Positions 18,114 to 24,457 of a stretch of DNA of 24,457 nucleotides are shown one piece after another. Under the pieces are notes generated by a model that was given only the letters and a program-made list of their open reading frames with translations, was not told the DNA's origin and did not search any database. Positions within the stretch are counted from its first letter, which is position 1; every line of letters begins with the position of its first letter. Both the position numbers and the translations under genes were made by a program. Source of the DNA: a virus (Duplodnaviria > Heunggongvirae > Uroviricota > Caudoviricetes); IMG/VR virus record IMGVR_UViG_2534681674_000009, one strand, 5' to 3'.

Positions 18114-18647
18114 ATGGCGATAAAAGGGCTTGATCAGGCGATTGAAAATCTGAGCCGGGTTCGTAAAAACGCCATTCCGGCGGCTTCAGCAATGGCCATT
18201 AACCGCGTGGCCACAACGGCGATTAATCAGTCTTCATCACAGGTTGCCCGGGAGACAAAGGTACGCCGGAAACTGGTAAAGGAACGGTCCAGACTGAAAC
18301 GGGCCACGGTCAGAAATCCGAATGCCAGAATTATCGTTAAACGCGGTGATCTCCCTGTGATTAAGCTGGGGATCAGGATGCTGGGCCGTCGTCCGGACAG
18401 CATACTTAAAGCTGGTCAGCATCGGTATCAGCGGGCATTTATCCAGCGATTAAAAAATGGTCGCTGGCATGTCATGCAGCGTGTGGCCGGGAAAAACCGT
18501 TACCCCATTGATGTGGTGAAAATCCCGATGGCGGCCCCACTGAAACAGGCGTTTGATGAGAATATTGACCGTATCCGGCGTGAACGTCTGCCCGGAGAAC
18601 TGGCATACGCGCTGAAACAACAACTTAGGATTGCGATAAAACGATGA
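18114..18647 (+). CDS. Z: Tail completion protein gpZ
   Basis: MAIKGLDQAIENLSRVRKNAIPAASAMAINRVA... and C-terminus ...KNGRWHVMQRVAGKNRYPIDVVKIPMA... match lambda Z. Confidence 0.93.
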   Translation: MAIKGLDQAIENLSRVRKNAIPAASAMAINRVATTAINQSSSQVARETKVRRKLVKERSRLKRATVRNPNARIIVKRGDLPVIKLGIRMLGRRPDSILKAGQHRYQRAFIQRLKNGRWHVMQRVAGKNRYPIDVVKIPMAAPLKQAFDENIDRIRRERLPGELAYALKQQLRIAIKR

Positions 18648-19039
18648 AACATACTGATATCCGTGCGGCAGTGCTGGATGCACTGGAGCTGCATGAACAC
18701 GGGGCGACGCTGTTTGATGGTCGCCCCGTTGTTTTTGACGAAGAGGATTTTCCGGCCGTCGCGGTTTATCTGACGGATGCAGAGTATACCGGTGAAGAGC
18801 TGGATGCAGATACCTGGCAGGCGGAGCTGCATATTGAAGTTTTCCTGCCTGCTCAGGTGCCGGATTCAGAGCTGGATGCGTGGATGGAGTCCCGGATTTA
18901 TCCGGTGATGAGCGATATCCCGGCACTGGCAGGACTGATTACCACGATGGTTACGCAGGGCTATGAGTATCGTCGTGATGACGATATGGCGTTATGGAGT
19001 TCTGCAGATCTGACTTATTCCATTACATACGAGATGTGA
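18644..19039 (+). CDS. U: Tail terminator gpU
   Basis: [95 protein letters not shown]..., near-identical to lambda U. Confidence 0.95.
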   Translation: MKHTDIRAAVLDALELHEHGATLFDGRPVVFDEEDFPAVAVYLTDAEYTGEELDADTWQAELHIEVFLPAQVPDSELDAWMESRIYPVMSDIPALAGLITTMVTQGYEYRRDDDMALWSSADLTYSITYEM

Positions 19040-19046
19040 GGACGAT

Positions 19047-19799
19047 ATGGCAACACCAAATCCCCTTGAGCCGGTAAAAGGTGCCGGTACCACTCTGTGG
19101 GTTTACAACGGCAAGGGTGATGCTTATGCAAACCCGTTGTCAGACGATGACTGGCAGCGACTGGCTAAGGTGAAGGATCTGATGCCGGGCGAGATGACGG
19201 CAGAACCCTACGATGATAACTACCTGGATGATGAAGACGCGGACTGGACCGCGACCGGGCAGGGGCAGAAGTCTGCAGGAGATACCAGTTTTACGCTGGC
19301 CTGGAAACCGGGAGAAGAAGGTCAGAAAGGGCTTATAGGCTGGTTTGAAAGCGGGGATGTGCGGGCCTATAAAATCCGTTTCCCAAATGGCACGGTGGAT
19401 GTGTTCCGTGGCTGGGTCAGCAGTATCGGTAAGGCCGTGACGGCGAAAGAAGTGATCACCCGCACGGTGAAAGTCACTAACGTGGGCAAACCTTCCGTGG
19501 CGGAAGAACGCAGCGAAATTACGCCGGCCACTGCAATTAAGGTGACACCGACATCCGGTACGGTGGCAAAAGGGAAAACAACCACCCTGACGGTTTCTTT
19601 TGAGCCGGAAAGTGCAACCGACAAGACGTTCAGAGCGGTTTCCGCCGATCCGTCGAAAGCCACCATTAGTGTGAAAGATATGACAATTACGGTAAACGGC
19701 GTGGCGACAGGTAAGGTGCAGATCCCTGTGGTGAGCGGAAATGGTCAGTTCGCCGCAGTGGCTGAAGTCACCGTTACTGAAGCGGGCGCTGCAGGGTAA
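19047..19799 (+). CDS. V: Major tail protein gpV
   Basis: 250 aa; ...[10 protein letters not shown]...[18 protein letters not shown]...[36 protein letters not shown]... matches lambda V, including the C-terminal Ig-like region. Confidence 0.95.
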   Translation: MATPNPLEPVKGAGTTLWVYNGKGDAYANPLSDDDWQRLAKVKDLMPGEMTAEPYDDNYLDDEDADWTATGQGQKSAGDTSFTLAWKPGEEGQKGLIGWFESGDVRAYKIRFPNGTVDVFRGWVSSIGKAVTAKEVITRTVKVTNVGKPSVAEERSEITPATAIKVTPTSGTVAKGKTTTLTVSFEPESATDKTFRAVSADPSKATISVKDMTITVNGVATGKVQIPVVSGNGQFAAVAEVTVTEAGAAG

Positions 19800-19812
19800 A
19801 CGGAGGTAATAC

Positions 19813-20235
19813 ATGTTTCTGAAAACAGAACAATTTGAATATAACGGTGTGTCCGTCACGCTTTCCGAATTGTCTGCGCTGCAGCGGTTTGATTATATAA
19901 AGTTTGTTTCAGACGCAGAACAACAGGAGACAACGAAGCATTATGTCGTGCACATTAACCAGCGATATCTGGAAACGGCATCCCTGCTTGTGGCGATGTC
20001 GCTATGGCATTCCCATTCCCTCAAAGGCACTCTGGCCTCTCCGGAGACAGAGATGCAGCAGATCCGCCGTGAAGTGATGCTGGGATGGCCTGCTGATGCA
20101 CTGAATCAGGCAACGAACCGGGTGCTTTATCTTTCAGGTATGCTGGATAACCGGCACGATGCCGATCCTGAACAAACCGGGAAAGCAGAAGCGACTGAGC
20201 CGGTAACATCAAAAAAGCATTCGAAGGCGAGCTGA
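19813..20235 (+). CDS. G: Tail assembly chaperone gpG
   Basis: MFLKTEQFEYNGVSVTLSELSALQR...LVAMSLWH..., lambda G-like, 140 aa. Confidence 0.93.
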   Translation: MFLKTEQFEYNGVSVTLSELSALQRFDYIKFVSDAEQQETTKHYVVHINQRYLETASLLVAMSLWHSHSLKGTLASPETEMQQIRREVMLGWPADALNQATNRVLYLSGMLDNRHDADPEQTGKAEATEPVTSKKHSKAS

Positions 20236-20675
20236 ACTTTGTCCTGAAACTGGCGCGAGAGATGGGGAGACCCGACTGGCGCGCCATGCTTGCCGGGATG
20301 ACATCCACCGAATATGCCGACTGGCGACGTTTTTACTGCACGCATTATTTTCAGGATACCCAACTGGACGCTCATTTTTCCGGGCTGATGTACGCCGTAC
20401 TCAGCCTGTTTTTTGGCGATCCGGATATGCATCCGGCGGATTTCAGTCTGCTTGCTCCAGCGTGTGAGGAAGAGCAGACGGAGATGCCGGACGAGGAAGA
20501 AATGCTGATGCAGAAAGCGACAGGAGTTGCCGGAGGCGTCCGGTTCGGAGGGGACGGAGGGCGCGATATTTCACCTTCTGCGGATGTGGTGGATGTCAGC
20601 GAGGATGATGTTGCATTAATGATGGCTTCAGCGGGGATTTCCGGAGGTGTGAGATATGTCCCAGCCAGCGGGTGA
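19813..20675 (+). CDS. G-T: Tail assembly chaperone gpG-T fusion (programmed -1 frameshift near 20211-20217)
   Basis: The -1 frame is open from 20199 to 20675 and encodes a T-like sequence (...RPDWRAMLAGMTSTEYADWRRFY...GGVRYVP...); the only G/T-frame overlap (20199-20232) contains heptamer A AAA AAG in the G frame. Confidence 0.75.
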
Positions 20676-23268
20676 TCTGGTTATTGATTTGAGTCTGGAT
20701 GCGGCCCGGTTTGATGAACAGATGGCCCGGGTACGCCGTCATTTTTCCAGTCTGGAGGCGGATGCCAGAAAAACCGCCAGTACTGTTGAACAGGGGCTGA
20801 GCCGACAGGCGCTGGCGGCACAAAAAGCCGGGATATCAGTCGGACAGTATAAGGCTGCCATGCGCACACTGCCCGCACAGTTCACGGATATTGTCACTCA
20901 GCTTGCCGGTGGTCAGAATCCCTTCCTTATCATGCTGCAGCAGGGGGGGCAGATCAGCGATTCATTCGGTGGACCGCTCAGCCTGCTTACCCTGCTGAAG
21001 GAGGAACTTCTCGGGATCAGGGATGCCTCTGAATCATCAGAGGAGTCGCTGTCAGATACGGCAAATGCACTGGCTGAAAATGCCCGGAATGCCGGTGAGC
21101 TGGGACGATTTATGTCGGTGGCCCGTGTGGCGGCAGGTGGCGGGGTTGCCGTACTGGCCGCGCTTGCTGCCGCCGCCTGGCAGGCAGAGCAGGCTGACCG
21201 GGCCTTATTGCGTTCACTGATCCTGACCGGAGGGGCTGCTGCCACCACAACGGCAGAATTGTGGAAAATGGCCGGGGTGATCAGCGATGAAGCCGGTGGT
21301 GGTATCAGACAGGCGGCAGAAAATCTGGCCCGTCTGGCAGAAAGCGGGAAATATACCGCCGGGCAGCTACGGATCATGGGGGAAACCTCTCAGAGATGGC
21401 TGCAGACGGTGGGGGACGATGCCGGGAAGGTGGAAAAAGCCTTTGAAGGGATTGCAGCAGATCCGGTGAAGGCGCTGGCCTCCCTGAATCAGCAGTATAA
21501 CTTCCTGAGCGTTTCCCAGTTACGCCATATTGATGAGCTTGAGCGCACGAAAGGTAAACAGGCTGCGGTGACGGAGGCGATGTCCCTGTTTGCGGATGTC
21601 ATGAATGCACGTCTGGAGCAACTTGATAAAGCGGCCACGCCGGTGGAAAAAATCTGGGACAATGTTAAAACCTGGACTTCTGACGCATGGGCATGGATAG
21701 GTGATCATACACTGGGGGCACTCAGTCTGATCACTGACGTGGTGGCCGGAACCGTTGAACAAGTGAAGCTGCTGCTTGTGCAGGGGGATCTGGCGCTGGC
21801 TGAATTTATTCAGTCAGCCTGGGAAACGACAAAGAATGTGCCCGGCGTTGGTGCGTTGTTTGGTGAACTGGCAGAAGAGAACCGCGTATTTATTGAGAAA
21901 ACAAAACGCGATGAACTGGCGCTGAGAAAATCCATTGCGGAACGGGATGCGCGTATACGCCAGGGGGAAATGGGGTACATCAACCGCTCGCGTGCAACAG
22001 GCGTCAGCAAAGGTCCAGGGCAGCAGGAAGCCGTCAGCCGTCTGGCTGAAGAGCTGACAGGTAAAAAGCATACATCACCGAAAACGCGCTCTGCCGGGGA
22101 GAGGGAAGAGGAGCAGGCAAGAGAGGCTCTGCTTGCCCTTGAAGCTGAGCTCAGGACGCTGGAAAAACACAGCGGTGCGAATGAGAAAATTAGCCGGCAG
22201 CGCCGTGATTTATGGAAGGCGGAAAGTCAGTATGCGGTCCTGAAAGAGGCTGCCACGAAACGACAGTTATCTGAGCAGGAAAAATCCCTGCTGGCGCATA
22301 AAGACGAGACGCTGGAGTACAAACGCCAGCTGGCTGAGCTGGGCGACAAGGTTGAATACCAGAAACGCCTGAATGAGCTGGCACAGCAGGCGGTGCGGTT
22401 TGAAGAGCAGCAGAGCGCGAAGCAGGCCGCCATCAGCGCAAAAGCCCGCGGTCTCACTGACCGTCAGGCGCAGCGGGAGTCTGAAGCGCAGCGTCTTCGG
22501 GACGTGTACGGTGATAATCCGGCTGCGCTGGCGAAGGCCACATCGGCACTGAAGAACACCTGGTCTGCGGAGGAGCAGCTTCGTGGAAGCTGGATGGCCG
22601 GGCTGAAGTCCGGCTGGGGGGAGTGGGCGGAAAGTGCGACGGACAGTTTTTCGCAGGTTAAAAGTGCTGCCACGCAGACCTTTGACGGTATTGCACAGAA
22701 TATGGCGGCGATGCTGACCGGTGCAGAGGCAGACTGGCGGGGATTCACCCGTTCGGTGCTGTCCATGATGACAGAAATCCTGCTTAAACAGGCCATGGTG
22801 GGCATTGTCGGGCGTATCGGCAGCGCCATTGGCGGTGCTTTCGGTGGTGGTGCATCTGCTTCCTCGGGGACGGCCATTGAGGCTGCGGCGGCGAACTTCC
22901 ATTTCGCGACCGGAGGATTTACGGGGACGGGCGGCAAATATGAGCCTGCGGGGATAGTTCACCGCGGGGAGTTTGTTTTCACGAAAGAGGCAACCAGCCG
23001 GATAGGTGTGGGGAATCTTTACCGTCTGATGCGCGGCTATGCGGAAGGTGGTTATGTGGGTGGTGCCGGAAGTCCGGCGCAGATGCGGCGGGCGGAAGGT
23101 ATTAATTTTAATCAGAACAATCACGTGGTGATTCAGAACGACGGCACCAACGGACAGGCGGGGCCGCAGCTGATGAAGGCGGTGTATGACATGGCCCGCA
23201 AGGGGGCGCAGGATGAGCTCCGGCTGCAGTTGCGTGATGGCGGTATGTTATCGGGGAGCGGGCGATGA
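20656..23268 (+). CDS. H: Tail tape measure protein gpH
   Basis: 870 aa; N-terminus MSQPAGDLVIDLSLDAARFDEQMARVRRHF... and C-terminal ...FHFATGGFTGTGGKYEPAGIVHRGEFVFTKEATSRIGVGNLYRLMRGYA... match lambda H. Confidence 0.95.
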   Translation: MSQPAGDLVIDLSLDAARFDEQMARVRRHFSSLEADARKTASTVEQGLSRQALAAQKAGISVGQYKAAMRTLPAQFTDIVTQLAGGQNPFLIMLQQGGQISDSFGGPLSLLTLLKEELLGIRDASESSEESLSDTANALAENARNAGELGRFMSVARVAAGGGVAVLAALAAAAWQAEQADRALLRSLILTGGAAATTTAELWKMAGVISDEAGGGIRQAAENLARLAESGKYTAGQLRIMGETSQRWLQTVGDDAGKVEKAFEGIAADPVKALASLNQQYNFLSVSQLRHIDELERTKGKQAAVTEAMSLFADVMNARLEQLDKAATPVEKIWDNVKTWTSDAWAWIGDHTLGALSLITDVVAGTVEQVKLLLVQGDLALAEFIQSAWETTKNVPGVGALFGELAEENRVFIEKTKRDELALRKSIAERDARIRQGEMGYINRSRATGVSKGPGQQEAVSRLAEELTGKKHTSPKTRSAGEREEEQAREALLALEAELRTLEKHSGANEKISRQRRDLWKAESQYAVLKEAATKRQLSEQEKSLLAHKDETLEYKRQLAELGDKVEYQKRLNELAQQAVRFEEQQSAKQAAISAKARGLTDRQAQRESEAQRLRDVYGDNPAALAKATSALKNTWSAEEQLRGSWMAGLKSGWGEWAESATDSFSQVKSAATQTFDGIAQNMAAMLTGAEADWRGFTRSVLSMMTEILLKQAMVGIVGRIGSAIGGAFGGGASASSGTAIEAAAANFHFATGGFTGTGGKYEPAGIVHRGEFVFTKEATSRIGVGNLYRLMRGYAEGGYVGGAGSPAQMRRAEGINFNQNNHVVIQNDGTNGQAGPQLMKAVYDMARKGAQDELRLQLRDGGMLSGSGR

Positions 23269-23594
23269 AAACATTTCGCTGGAAAGTGAAGCCGGATATG
23301 GAGGTGAACTCGCAGCCATCGGTGCGTGAAGTGCGTTTTGGTGACGGGTATTCGCAGCGTATGGCGGCGGGGCTGAATGCTGACCTGAAAACATACCGGG
23401 TGACGCTTTCCGTGACCCGGGAGGAGGCCCGGCATCTGGAAGCGTTCCTGGCAGAGCACGGAGGCTGGAAGGCATTTTTGTGGAAGCCACCCTATGCATA
23501 CCGGCAGATAAAGGTGACCTGTGCCGGGTGGTCTGCGCGGGTCGGGATGTTGCGCGTTGAGTTCAGCGCGGAGTTTAAGCAGGTGGTGAACTGA
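23265..23594 (+). CDS. M: Tail tip protein gpM
   Basis: MKTFRWKVKPDMEVNSQPSVREVRFGDGYSQRMAAGLNADLKTYRVTLSV..., lambda M-like, 109 aa. Confidence 0.95.
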   Translation: MKTFRWKVKPDMEVNSQPSVREVRFGDGYSQRMAAGLNADLKTYRVTLSVTREEARHLEAFLAEHGGWKAFLWKPPYAYRQIKVTCAGWSARVGMLRVEFSAEFKQVVN

Positions 23595-24292
23595 TGCAGG
23601 ATATTCACGAAGAAAGTCTGAACGAGTCGGTTAAATCAGAGCAGTCACCGCGGGTGGTACTCTGGGAAATCGACCTGACGGCGCAGGGCGGTGAGCGGTA
23701 TTTTTTCTGCAATGAGCTGAATGAAAAAGGGGAGCCGGTGACCTGGCAGGGGCGTGAATATCAGGCGTACCCGATTGAGGGCAGCGGCTTTGAGATGAAC
23801 GGAAAGGGCAGCAGTGCCCGCCCGTCGCTGACGGTGTCCAATCTGTTCGGTCTTGTCACCGGGATGGCGGAGGATTTGCAGAGCCTGGTGGGTGCCACGG
23901 TGGTCCGCCGCCGGGTGTATGCGCGTTTTCTGGATGCGGTGAACTTTGTGGCAGGCAATCCGGAGGCCGACCCGGAGCAGGAGCTGACTGACCGGTGGGT
24001 GGTGGAGCAGATGTCAGAGCTGACGGCCATGACGGCCTCGTTTGTGCTGGCCACACCGACGGAGACGGACGGAGCGCTGTTTCCCGGTCGCATCATGCTG
24101 GCGAACACCTGTATGTGGGATTACCGGGGAGATGAATGCGGGTATAACGGTCCTGCGGTGGCGGATGAGTTCGACAACCCCACCACGGATATCCGTAAGG
24201 ACAGATGCAGCAAGTGCATGCGCGGGTGTGAGATGCGCGGCATGGTGGCTAATTTTGGCGGTTTCCTTTCCATCAATAAACTTTCGCAGTAA
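23594..24292 (+). CDS. L: Tail tip assembly protein gpL
   Basis: MQDIHEESLNE...VVLWEIDLT..GGERYFFCNE.NEKGEPVTWQGR.YQ.YPI.GSGFE.NGKG...C-terminal Cys cluster CSKCMRGCEMR; lambda L-like, 232 aa. Confidence 0.95.
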   Translation: MQDIHEESLNESVKSEQSPRVVLWEIDLTAQGGERYFFCNELNEKGEPVTWQGREYQAYPIEGSGFEMNGKGSSARPSLTVSNLFGLVTGMAEDLQSLVGATVVRRRVYARFLDAVNFVAGNPEADPEQELTDRWVVEQMSELTAMTASFVLATPTETDGALFPGRIMLANTCMWDYRGDECGYNGPAVADEFDNPTTDIRKDRCSKCMRGCEMRGMVANFGGFLSINKLSQ

Positions 24293-24302
24293 ATCCTGTT
24301 TT

Positions 24303-24457
24303 ATGACACAGACTGAATCAGCGATTCTGGTGCATGCCCGGCGGTGTGCGCCTGCGGAGTCGTGCGGCTTCGTGGTGAGAACGCCGGAGGGGGAGCGGTA
24401 TATCCCTTGTGTGAATATCTCTGCAGAGCCGGAGGCGTATTTTCGTATTGCACCGGA
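24303..24457 (+). CDS. K: Tail assembly protein gpK (3' partial)
   Basis: MTQTESAILVHARRCAPAESCGFVVRTPEGERYIPCVNISAEPEAYFRIAP..., matching the lambda K N-terminus; runs off the window end. Confidence 0.85.
   Translation, partial: MTQTESAILVHARRCAPAESCGFVVRTPEGERYIPCVNISAEPEAYFRIAP

Noticed and set aside
20177-20185. Lambda-like slippery motif CCGGGAAAG as the G-T frameshift site
   Set aside because: In this sequence it sits in a register where the -1 frame terminates after 7 codons (stop at 20196-20198); the productive overlap is at 20199-20232.
19140-23124. Long - strand ORFs inside V and H (19140-19859, 20913-21377, 22267-23124, 22464-22937)
   Set aside because: Antisense to near-identical lambda V and H homologues; Arg/Ser/Pro-rich composition typical of non-coding frames.

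Overview
This window is the head-to-tail morphogenesis region of a lambdoid (lambda-like) prophage, read on the + strand (A end, W, B, C/Nu3, D, E, FI, FII, Z, U, V, G/G-T, H, M, L, K start). The major capsid gene E is split by a ~12.6 kb integrative element (about 3907-16506) flanked by a 10-bp direct repeat, AGCCGAAGCA. The element looks like a phage satellite (PICI/P4-like). It carries a P4-family tyrosine integrase (itself interrupted by an IS629-like insertion sequence with a 3-bp GGG target duplication), two AlpA-like regulators, a D5/P4-type primase-helicase followed by iterons, SSB, its own gpE-like major capsid and gpD-like decoration genes, a lambda-like cos site with a Nu1-like small terminase, and an opposite-strand HEPN/Abi-like gene. 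It has no portal, protease, large terminase or tail genes. All protein identifications rest on reading the translations and recalling the lambda and IS629 protein families; no database search was run.
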